Shown piece after piece: positions 25,408-36,667 of a stretch of DNA of 64,000 nt. The position numbers and the translations under genes are program-made. Under the pieces are notes generated by a model. That model saw only the letters and a list, made by a program, of their open reading frames with translations, ran no database searches and was not told the origin of the DNA. Position 1 is the stretch's first letter, and each line of letters begins with the position of its first letter. This DNA comes from Eledone cirrhosa (lineage: Eukaryota). The stretch spans positions 264,616,001 through 264,680,000 of the forward strand of contig OZ024742.1 of NCBI GenBank assembly GCA_964016885.1, written 5' to 3'.

Positions 25408-27225
25408 CTTATCAACATGTCCATTGCAACTTTGTGGGTTTTGTATTGTTGTTCATGTTTTTAAGAAAAGCTTTAGATTTAAAAAAAATCATATCTATCT
25501 AAGCATTTAGGAATTCTATAAGACACGTTTTATCAAATGTTTACTTTTCAGGTTGCTTAGTTCCTTTACTTAGTTTAAACCAGATGCTTCTAACCATGCT
25601 GGAGCATTGCCATTACTGTAAATAACTTTTATGTAATTTCTTTTTTCTGAAGGGCAGAATTGTTCCATGCAACTAGCTTGGATTTCCTTGAGAATGCTTC
25701 GTAAACTAGGTGGAGCTCATAGCTGACTCTGCTTCTTGCTAAAGAGACTGAAGAGTGGCCGTGTTATGTTTAGAACTGTGTGCTTGCATTTTGCTAGATT
25801 TAATTTTGATTTGAAACATATACAAGATTTCACCAAGTCGTTAGAACATTGGACAAAACTTTTGTAGTAATTGTTCCAGTTCTCTGTGGTCTAAGTTCAC
25901 ATTGCCTTTTATTCTTTCGAGGTTGATAAAATAAAGTACTAATCCAGAGGGGTAGATTGGCACAATTTTCAAAGTATCAGTTAAGATGACTTGTAGTATT
26001 TGATCTGGTTCTTTGTGCCCTGAATTCGAATTCTACTATATTTTACTTGGATTGTAGACCTACATCATCACCCAGTTTAACACCACCACTTGGTCCTTAT
26101 GTGTCTTTATATATTGCAAGAATTTGAACCAGGCCTCCAATTTTAAGATTGATCTTTTCCTTTCTCCCACTCATCTTTATCAATAAGCAAATAGGTTTAA
26201 CACTTACCATCTTAATATTCTACAGCCTGCGACAGTGGATTGGCAGAATTTGGAGAGAGGACAAATCAATTAACCAATGACTAAAAGCTCTCCACTTATA
26301 TATTTTTGGATGACATAATTCAATCTCAATCCCCGTATATTTATTATTGGTACAGTTTAATTTTGATCTTGGAGAGTTGAAAAACCAAATGTACCTAAGT
26401 AGGGTTTATCTCAGACATATAATTTCTTGAACTTTTCACAGCAACTTTTCACAGTCCTTACCAGTTAATTGCTATGCTATGTTCTCATACAAAACTATAA
26501 TCTACATTTACTTTATACTTATAAATTTATAAAATTAACATCTTCCAATTGCAGTCTAATACATTCTTCTTAAATGTTTTGTTATATATTCTTTAAAAAT
26601 CAGTCTGGAGCAAACTGAAAAATTGAAGACAAAGCCTAAGATAATGTTCTTTCAAGATTAGATGTCCTTTTTATTATTATTTCCCTGAACTTGCTGGCTT
26701 TATTCCACCACTCACAGAAACTCCCATAATCAATTCATTGCTATCCCTTCTCACAATCTTGAACCTATAGTAAGCATTTTGTGTGATGCTTTTTCTCTGG
26801 AAAGATATTCATCTAAAACTTATATCCTTCCAATGCCAATCCTTTAATTATAACAACCCTACAAACGTTCATATTAAATATGTACTACAATTTATTAATA
26901 TGTGTCTAAAAGGTAATCTGGACTTTAGTGGCACTTTTAATATTAAATATGCAAAATGTAATGGAAACAGTCATTTACCTGATTCTATATCAAATGCTTA
27001 GTTCAATTTTCCTTGCTGCAATTTCCTTCCTACCCACAAATATTTTCTATATGCTATGCTATAATAATTCAAATATAATTAAAATTAACCAACAGCTACA
27101 TCAACATACAGTGATAATTCGAGCGGATGTCAACCATTGTATTTACCAAGGAACTGTCACTAATCCAAACATAAACACAAAAAAGACTAAATATACTAAA
27201 TTACAGAAAACATAATTCTATATTA

Positions 27226-27536
27226 TCTGTATATTAATACACTAATACCTACGTACCATATGTCCGACCTTGTGTGTCACGCTTTCAGTAAAACAATGAA
27301 AGTGGGGTGGTAAACAATCTACGAAAATCTACGGCAAAAGAAAATCAAAGGGCGTTGCAATGTTTGGAAAGGAGAGAGAGAGGGGGTTATAATATAGAGA
27401 AAGGGATGGGTTATTATATATATATAGAGAGAGAGGGGGTTATAATATAGAGAGAGGCAGTTATAATATAGAGAAAGGGTTAAAATATATATAGAGAGAG
27501 GGGATTATCCATGAATTTTTTCACGGGTCTAGCTAG
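27226..27536 (+). mobile_element. Small non-autonomous Helitron-like element
   Basis: a|TC start; 3' hairpin ccatgaa..ttcacgg followed by CTAG|t; internal (agagagggggttataatat)n repeats. Confidence 0.65.
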
Positions 27537-27606
27537 TAGATGATAAATACAGATGTGCATGTATGTGTGATTAGCTTCTCAGGCTCAACTAGCTCCAGTT
27601 AATGGT

Positions 27607-27674
27607 ACCTGAAATAGGTTCCTGTCAAAGGTTACAGACTTTGACAGGAACCTATTTCAGGTTACAGACTTTGA
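27607..27674. repeat. Perfect 24-bp-arm hairpin with an adjacent 16-bp duplication
   Basis: Arms 27607-27630 / 27639-27662; aggttacagactttga at 27629 and 27659. Confidence 0.9.
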
Positions 27675-28075
27675 AACACTAGGATAGCTTTCAGCCTGTA
27701 CTGAGAAGGGGAAAAGAATATAACACAAGGATAGGAACCAAACCTCCATGAATCAAAATTCTAACAGAAATGATGAATAGATACTTGGCCTGTAGCAAGA
27801 CTTGCAATCATACAAAATGAAAATCTCTTGTTGCCCAATGTTCTATAGGGAGCAAAATGAACTAAAGAGGTGTGTGTGTAACACTGCATTGTCTAGTACA
27901 TATCAATGTTATCAACCTTGCATATTCAGTGCATATTGTGATATTTAATGATACTGTAATATAATTACATATTAACATCAATCTTGACTTGGCTATCAAT
28001 ACCAACACCCTAACCCTGTTTACAAGGTTAAAAGAAAAAAAGCTATAGACATATAGACATTATCCCTTCTGCTGT

Positions 28076-28303
28076 TTAACCCTTTAGCATTTAAACCAGC
28101 CATATGCAGCCAAAATTCTCTCACCTCTTTCTGTTCAAACCAGCTGTTACTAGCTGCTCATACTTATGTTAAGATATTGTTCTCAAAATAAATAATATCA
28201 AAATCTCATAGATTTGATACTATGCTAAATAATTATGTGAGATAAAGCCTTTACATGAAAATATAATAGTATATATAGAGTAATATAAATGCTAAAGGAT
28301 TAA
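28076..28303. mobile_element. TTAA-flanked MITE (piggyBac-like CCC..GGG ends), older copy
   Basis: ttaa|ccctttagcatt ... aatgctaaagga|ttaa; homologous to the 31761 and 40088 copies. Confidence 0.8.
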
Positions 28304-28740
28304 AAGTGACTACTTAGATAGTAGTCTACAGCTGTTGCTCCAACTGAATGAATGGTAACAGCTATTAATCTTTTGTTTACATCAACATATGATATTGGTC
28401 ACTATCTTTTAAAAGAAAGCCTAGTTTAATGCAAGTACTTTATTCAGAACTTTATTCAGAATAACGTTTGCAGTAGAACTTAAAATATACTAAATATCAA
28501 TCATGATCACCATCACCGTCACAGTTGTCATCAGCATCACAGTCATTCTCATCAGCATCATCATTGTCATTGACACCAACACTTTTGCATCTTCTTGAAC
28601 TGACTTAACAATGATAAGACAAACATACTTATGATGATGATGAAATATATTTTTCTACCTGCAATATGTTAGCTTTCTTTAAGAGCTTTTCTAACTGTGT
28701 TACAACCAAGGCATTATGATTCCTGCAATATATATATATA

Positions 28741-29000
28741 TAAGAAAGATGCTGATATTACATACATCGTTTATTCATTATAATTATTTCAAGGACCCTT
28801 TTAGGAACTCATATGCTGGCCAGGCATGCAAGAAGATTTGTTTTTTTTGCCTACAGCATATCACATAAATGGACATTTCATCTGAATATATCATTCCCAT
28901 ACCAACAACAAATGAATATATTATATCTTGGATTGCATAAGGAAACCATTGATATAATTATAATGAATAAACGATTTATGTAATATCAGCACCTTTCTTA
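28741..29000. repeat. Inverted repeat, ~52-bp arms (28741-28792 / 28949-29000), next to (TA)n
   Basis: taagaaag(a/g)tgctgatattacata(c/a)atcgtttattcattataattat and its reverse complement. Confidence 0.85.
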
Positions 29001-29127
29001 ATGTTATTCTTATACTGAATCTCCAACGTAACCACACACTATGGATGTAGAGAGCTTTCTTCTGCTTACACCTGTTTTTTACCAAAGCAACTTTTACTGA
29101 CCATACACACACCTACACACACACAAT

Positions 29128-29186
<59 letters not shown>

Positions 29187-29599
29187 GTTACAATAGTGAC
29201 TTGTACAGGTACTTAAGTTTTGTTAGGTTATTTACCCCAACACATGCAGCTTGTCATATAAATAAAAATGATTTTCCCCGTGGAGATTTTAGGAGAGTCT
29301 AACGGTGGGTAATCACGGATTTATCTATAAATAGACAAATCTCTTGAATAATGTGAGTGAAAAGGGAGGTAACTCTAAAAATAGAAAGATAGGCAACTTA
29401 TGTTACAGAAGGAGCCCAAGGATTAAGTCACAGAAAATAAATTCAGTTAATCCAGTCTAGACCATTTTTCTGAACAAATTTTGCTTCATGAGGACAGTGA
29501 CTGAACTACTTGAGGTAGATATTTACGCAACATTTCACTGAAGCCAGTTGCGTGAGTATATTCCACTTCTCTAAGTTACACAGCTGGTAAAAATTTTGT

Positions 29600-30485
29600 T
29601 CCATTGACGAAATCAGTTGCTAACATATCTTTCTGCAAACATCAAACTCCTTTCAGAATAAACTAAATAGAGATACAAAACTTCAGATCATCTGATATAA
29701 CCTTCAACCTATCTGATAAAACTAACAATCTTTATGAACATGATCTGTCTACCTACAACCAATTTCTGAACAATCTAAATATAAAAAAGTTGACCCTGCT
29801 ATTTATGATGCCATCAATGATGAAGCAAAGCATATAGCTATCAGCTTCAAAGTAGACAAGAAGTTAGAATGTTTTGCTATGAGAGAGGCTTATATTACAA
29901 TTAAGGATCATAAGGATGACTACACTAATAAACCAACTTGCAGACTTATAAACCCTGCCAAAACTGAATTAGAACTTGTTACTAAAGTAATACTTAAAAA
30001 CATTAATATAGCTATTAGACAACAGTCCAACCTTAATCAGTGGGATAATAGCCAAGTAGTTATAGATTGGTCTAATGTCCTCAAACACTCTAAGAATGCT
30101 AGGTTCACACAATTTTATATAGTTGACTTTTACCCTTCAATATCCAGGACCTTACTTGATAAGGCCTTAGATTTTGCTAGCAATATCACCAATATATACT
30201 AGTTAGACTGGTGAGCAATACTCCATCATAGAAAAAAAACCTCCTCGATAATAATGAGGACCCCTGGATAAAGAAATCCATGAATAACGACCTATTCAAT
30301 ATGCCAATGGGATCATTTGACAGTGCTGATATATGCCATTTGGTGAGCCTTTTTATCTTAGACATGCTATGTAAGAAATTCCCTGACTTCCAAACGGGCC
30401 TATATCGTGATAATGGTCTGGCCCTATAGATTTTTAAAAATCTCATTAATAACACCAGCAAAAGGATATTAAACCTCTTTTCCAT
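29600..30485 (+). pseudogene. Penelope-like reverse transcriptase remnant
   Basis: AYITIKDHK..PTCRLINPAK..NQW..IVDFYPSIS, then in another frame LFNMPMGSFDSADICHLV..GLYRDNGL (YRDD decayed). Confidence 0.85.
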
Positions 30486-30953
30486 CTTTGACAGGACAAG
30501 CCCCTGAAAAGAAATGATAATCAGAACAAGTTAGAAAAAAGTTAGAGCTATTAAGTGTGTCCTGAAACAACTGGGCAACCCTGTAAATCACACACTGGAA
30601 GAAATCCCTTAAAACCATCAACTTTCCTCATTAATTCAGCTGTTGTATTGCTCCTAATCCAATAGTAAACTTGATACTACCAAGAAACAGTCTATGGTAT
30701 CAATAATCCAGATGAGAGTCAGCATGATTTCTCATTGCCTGGTTCTAAGTAATTTCAGATTAATTCTTATTAGTTGTCAGTCTGCACTTTCTGGTCATTT
30801 TAGTAATATGAGCAGGAAACAAAGCATCATTGCCCATTAAAATTTCCATTGCTCATGCAGATTGTTTGTAACTCTAGTGGTGAAATCTATCCTCGCTCTA
30901 TACATGTATATAAGTATGTATGTGTAACATATTATGATAATTATGTATGCGTG

Positions 30954-32297
30954 TATATATATAAAACAGAGGGCATCTGTCTGTCTGTGTAAATCCCTAA
31001 AACTCGAGAAGTACTCGACCGATTTGTTTCAAACTTTACACATGCGTTATTTATATTTCTTGAAGTGCAATGGGCTAAACAAATTTTAACTTTTAACTAA
31101 TGCATTAGGCGAAAAACCGCATTTTAAAGGCATTTTTAGGCTTTTTTGGGGTGTAACTTAAAGATAATCCAGCCGATTTCCTCGAAATTTGCAGCACACA
31201 TTAGTTAATCCCCTCACATTGCTGTTTCCGATTCCATTAATGGTTTCTAGAAAATTTACGAATCAGCATTGGGCATTACATGCCATTTTCATTTTCAATA
31301 TAAATGCTACTTAAACATCATAAGTAGCGTATAATATTTCGTAAAAAATTTGGTATATTTAACAGAGGACACAACACTTACTTACTTTTAAGCAGGACCA
31401 TTTTGGGGGATTGAGGAAATGAGGAGGACCTTAACATTTTTGTCGCCGCCTTGTTGACGCTTCATTCTTTCATCATGCACAAATCTGTGTATGTTGCCGT
31501 GTTACTGACACCGTAAAACTCACGTCTGTGCTATTTCTACTAAGATCCCTTTTGTTGCACCTACACCGCAGTATGAACGCCCTGCGCAAGTAAACTGAAC
31601 AGCGGTTGTGCTAATTCCGCGGTGACCCCTATTGTCACACTTTTGTTGCTGTGTAAACACAGTGCAACCAGTGCCACCCAGCATTTGTGCTAATTGCACT
31701 ATGAACCCTTTCTGCTGCAGCTGCATTGCCACACTGATTTCATCATCTCAATATCCCTACTTAACCCTTTAATGTTCAAACCGGCCAGAATTCTCTACCT
31801 TTTTCTGTTGAAACTGGCTGTAACTGGTCACTCAAACTGATGTTAGGGTATTGTTCTCAAAATAAATACTTTCAAAATCTCATAGATTCGATATTATGTG
31901 AGGTAATTATACGAGGTAAAGCCTTTACCATGAAAATATAATAGTATATATAGAGTAATGTGAATGCTAAAGGGTTAAACGTACATCCCTACTTGGTTTT
32001 CACACAATTGACTACGTTGCTCCTTCAGACTGACGTGTATTCCCCATCCGTGACGTAATTCGTGAACAGACTTGCACAATACATCGCCCCACAACACTTA
32101 CTCCTTTCGCTTACAGGATTTCCACAATCAGCCCACTGACACTGCTACTGCTGGTGTTCTACGTTTCCAGTAGATGAATAATCATTCCCTGAGAATAAGC
32201 GAATTCAAAAAGTACACAGCTACATTCCTCAATCTTTGCATATGCATGTTGTTATTTCACATTTCCTACCCCCGTGCAACGTCGGGTCCTGCTGCTA

Positions 32298-32298
<1 letters not shown>
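30954..32298 (+). mobile_element. Non-autonomous Helitron-like element carrying a nested MITE
   Basis: 5' tatataaaa..(tctg)n..aactcgagaa..ccgattt; 3' hairpin cccg tgcaacgt cggg (32271-32286) then CTAG|t. Confidence 0.75.
31761..31978. mobile_element. TTAA-flanked MITE nested in the Helitron-like element
   Basis: ttaa|ccctttaatgttca ... tgaatgctaaaggg|ttaa. Confidence 0.85.
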
Positions 32299-32341
<43 letters not shown>

Positions 32342-32814
32342 AGAGCGAGAGAGTGAATGAAAGAGAGGGGGAGAGAAAGAGGGATGTGTACATATAATTA
32401 ATATATACGTACACATACACACAGTTTGTATGCCATTAAAGAAAATTAAATCATGAGCATTTTATTCAAAATAATAATTGCATATATAATGAAGATCTGT
32501 TGTTTTAAAAATCAGTCAATTCAGATTGTCATCAGAATGAGTGGTGATGCAAAGTTCAGAGTAGTGGCAGCATGTTCAGCTAATCAGCTTAAATTTCATA
32601 TTTAACTAGCAAAATACCTGATGTTGTCCAAACTCAAAATCAAGCTTCTTACAATCCAGGATTGTTCTTAATGAAGGCATATTTGATTTAATACAACACT
32701 ATTGGGTTTTCTTATGAGAAATTAGTTTTTGAGAAAGACATGAATTGGTTTCCTACTAAGTTTACAGCAGTCTAGTGTTTTATGTTTTGTGCAACAAATA
32801 CACAATCATTATGA

Positions 32815-32998
32815 ATGGATTGGCAGTATCGGTGGAGGGTCGGATGCCATGCTTTCCAGCATAGTTACGTCCCTTTACGATCTGAGTTCAAATCCCGCCG
32901 AGGTTGACTTTGCCTTTCATCCTTACGGGGTCGATAAAATAAAGTACCAGTAATGCACTGGGTATTTGCTGGCCTTGTGCCTAAAGTAGAAACAATTA
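32815..32998 (+). mobile_element. tRNA-derived SINE with Deu/Nin-like core, full length
   Basis: A-box-like tggcagtatcgg, B-box gagttcaaatccc and the conserved core. Many degenerate copies elsewhere (e.g. ~13540, 20210, 22935, 37445, 38110, 40365). Confidence 0.85.
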
Positions 32999-34384
32999 TG
33001 AATAGTATTTTTCATAGTTTCATTGTATCATATAACTAAGTCATGTATATCAAATAAAGGCACAAAATTAAGTAAATATGAAACAGTTTTATTTTATTTG
33101 AAACTTGACCCTCCCAAAGTATAACAATATGAACATAATACATTAACTTTAATGTTTGAAATTCTTTAATTCTAAAATAATTTCAAGTAGAAAACATGCC
33201 AAACAAAGAGTTGAAAGGGATCTTCAGTTGTGTAAAAGACAAGACAACCTCCCCTGTGCACTTGATAGAATGTTAGCCTGTACGTAATTCAAGTCCCAGC
33301 CTGTCTGAGAGGTCAGTGGCGATGCTTTGGTGCTGACTTGGTCTATGTAGATCCATCCAACCCTTGCTAGCAGGGAAAGTGGATATCAAACAACGACAAT
33401 GATAATGATGATAATGATGAAATAAGTGAAAACCAAAGGGATGGGAGGTAAACCACCCATGGAAGTAAAATATACTTAAAACATGTAGAAGCTGGATAAA
33501 TGAATGGCTTGATAGATGGACATTATAACATTAATATGTTTGTATCAGAGTATGTCATGTTAGTGGTGTTGGTGGTGATATTGGTGATGATAATGGTAAA
33601 TGGAGAAAAAGAGAGAGAGAGAGAAAGTAAAATATATAGAAAGAGTAAAATATACTGAGAGATAAGTATAGCCATTTGTTGTTATAGAACTTATGTTGGT
33701 TACATGTGGATGTGGAAGCACCATTACTGTCACTATTACTACTATCAACATCACCAAGATTACTAACAATATTTTTTACAATGTTTTCTCCATTTGTAAA
33801 GCTATCTCATTGTTGCACTTAAATATATAGAATATGTCAATGATTTCAAGTTTAATATACCAGATTGAACCTTAAATATGAGAATTTATTTTATTTAAGG
33901 TATGTTTTTCTTTTGTTTTAAGCATAAAATAGAAAATGATTAAACTATAAAATTATTAAAAATGAATTGTTAATGCTTTAAAGAATCTATAAAATGAGTT
34001 ACAATGAATTTGTATTCATTTTCTCATAATTTTATTGCATGTTCATCTGACAAATATCAAGAACATTGAAAATTTAGCTTATATTTAAATTTTGAAATGT
34101 GAACTGCAATATTTTACCGTCATAAAATCTTGCATACATGTATCACTAGTTTTTATATCGATATCTGAGTGAGAATGAATAATTCATGTTTCCTATCGAA
34201 TTTCCATGGGTCCACTAAATTAAATATAATATATCCTGTTATGTGGTTAGTACTTATGTTGATAAATAGACTAAAAATTAAGTTTGGAAGAATCTTTTTT
34301 GTCTTTCTATTATATCAGCAAAAATTCAGTCAATCATATCTCTCTCTATCTCTCCCACTCTCTCTCTCCCTCTCTCATGTGCAT

Positions 34385-34393
34385 ACACACACA

Positions 34394-34484
<91 letters not shown>

Positions 34485-34488
34485 ACAC
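34385..34488. repeat. (CA)n microsatellite
   Basis: Seen directly. Confidence 0.98.
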
Positions 34489-35269
34489 TACCAATAGTGT
34501 TGATATAAGTTCATGTTGACTAGAGCCTGAGTGCTGGTTTGAGATTTCTTTATGAACCCTTTCACTTCATTATCATTAAATTATGTCTGCTTTCCATGTT
34601 GACATGAGTTGGAAAGTTCATGGTTTGAGACTGGATAGCTCGGAGAAACTTCTCTTGCTTTGATGTTCAATTTTTGGCCTGATTTCTATTGCTGGATGCC
34701 CTTCCTAATGCAGTTGGGAACAGTATAGATGCCACAGTCCTCATATTCCTCACACAGTAGTCAATTGATATAATCTTCAACTGACAAAAATAAACTCACG
34801 TAACCCTATTTATCACACTTGAGTGAGAAAAGTAAAAATAAATCGATGAGACAATATATATATATATATATATATATATAGATATAGATATATACAAATG
34901 AAAGTACAGCATATTCGAAGCTCGAGCTGCAGCTAAGCCGTCGAATGCCTTCAGCAGTGCCGCCAAGAACTCGACAAGGTATAAACCTCAGAGTAATAAC
35001 ATACAGTTTAAAGGGCTTTGTAAATTGAAGATAACGACCGGTAATTCAGACGCGTGGTATATATATCTATATACACACACATACCCACACCCACACACAC
35101 GTGTGTATATGTATATATAACAAGTTTGCATATAAAAATAAATAAATGAATAAAAAGAGAACATCTTTAAAATACTCAATGTAGATTTCTGCCACCTGCG
35201 ACCCGTTCTCTAACAGAACAGCTTTGTTGAGAAAGCAGAACAGCTCTACAAAGAAGCAGAACAACTCTG

Positions 35270-35427
35270 CTGAGAAGCAGAAGGGGTTGGCTGATCTTGC
35301 TTGGGGATCCAGCCAGATCAGTTGGAGATAGTTGCTTCTGACAGGACCCGCTTGAAGGAGTGTTTCAGGACTCGCCCCCCCCCCCCCCCCCCATGACCCT
35401 CTCAAGAATAAGTGGGTAAAGAAGAAG
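35270..35427 (+). mobile_element. 3' end of RTE family B
   Basis: Reverse-complement similarity to 17697-17830 and 53750-53880. Confidence 0.7.
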
Positions 35428-35440
35428 TATATCTATCTAG

Positions 35441-35489
<49 letters not shown>

Positions 35490-35492
<3 letters not shown>

Positions 35493-35908
35493 ATGTCTCT
35501 TTGAGCCGTTACCAGCCTCTGCGCTTCTCTCTTCGTTGTAGCCCAAGTTTCACTGCCATATAACATTGTAGGTAAAACTGTGCTAGGATTCTCGTTGAGA
35601 AAGCACATCAGACAGAAGTCCAGCATGAGGGATGTCATCACGGAATATATGTGCAGCAAGTTCAGATGGGCTGGACACGTCGCCTGGTTCACCGATAATC
35701 GGTGGACCCGCGCAGTTGCCGAGTGGTACCCGCGCGAACGGAAACGACCACTCGGAAGGCCTCCACGAAGGTGGAGTTACGATTTTAGGAATATGATTGG
35801 GACTACATGGATGAGGAAAGCACGATCCAGAGAGGAATGGATGGCGTGCTGTGACCAGTGGCGCCGAATGGACGCCCGACAGACTGGTCGGTGAAGGTGA
35901 TCAAGGTT
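35490..35908 (+). mobile_element. RTE LINE 3' end (family C) with an inverted 5' segment
   Basis: 35490-35582 on minus reads TVLPTMLYGSETWATTKREAQRLVTAQRDM. From 35580 on plus: LGFSLRKHIR..KFRWAGHVA..RPLGRPPRRW. (TA)n flanks. Confidence 0.85.
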
Positions 35909-36245
35909 ATATATATATTTATATATGTTTATCTATCTATCTATCTATCTCTCTATCTCTCTATCTCTCTATCACTCTATCTATCTCTATATATAGATAG
36001 ATAGCCTCCAGTGTTGTTGCATAGCTATGGCTTTCTAAATGTTTATTTATAAGCATACCGTATTTCTTTAGAAATACAAAATTTCACTACATATCTGTAT
36101 ACAGCTATGCTTGAAGCTAAATCCTAATTCTCTCTCTATATATATATGTGTATATATATATATATATAACAAAGAAAGTGTGGTAAGGAATCAGGTGGAC
36201 CATAACATACCAGAATACTCGATACTTAGTGTAGAAGAATGGGTA

Positions 36246-36368
36246 ATAGGAAAAGAGTCAGGACCCGACAGCTGAGCTGCGGCTGTTTCGACAGCTCGAT
36301 TCGGACGTTCAGATCTAGCTGTCGAAACAGGCGGAGCTCAGCTGTCGGGGTCCTGACTCTTTTCCTAT
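36246..36368. repeat. GC-rich fold-back, ~51-bp arms, 20-nt loop, ending in (TA)n
   Basis: Arms at 36246-36296 / 36317-36368. Confidence 0.9.
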
Positions 36369-36375
36369 ATATATT

Positions 36376-36523
36376 TATTAAAATAACCGATTAAAGTTTA
36401 AGCAAAGAATTGGTGCTTTCACCCTTAACGGGATCTTCTGAAAGTCTATGGTTCTTATATATTTGATATATATTTATCCTTATCGAGCCCTCTTTGGATT
36501 TTAGTCTTCAAATTTATTATTAT

Positions 36524-36527
<4 letters not shown>
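36376..36527 (+). repeat. Internally deleted copy of the unclassified repeat at 44381-44688
   Basis: Both ends match (ttaaaataac..gatcttctgaaa; ttcttatatatttgatata..ttattattac). Confidence 0.75.
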
Positions 36528-36568
<41 letters not shown>

Positions 36569-36569
36569 C

Positions 36570-36664
<95 letters not shown>
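36527..36664. repeat. (CT)n microsatellite
   Basis: Seen directly. Confidence 0.98.

Positions 36665-36667
<3 letters not shown>

Noticed and set aside
28660-28723. Possible minus-strand 64-nt exon (NHNALVVTQLEKLLKKANILQ)
   Set aside because: The acceptor lacks a pyrimidine tract (only TA repeats), the donor is weak, and no partner exons or homology were recognised.
32815-32900. tRNA gene
   Set aside because: A and B boxes are present but there is no cloverleaf; it is a SINE head.
34905-34962. Hammerhead-like CTGAAGG...GAAT on the minus strand
   Set aside because: Both core segments deviate and stems I and III do not form.
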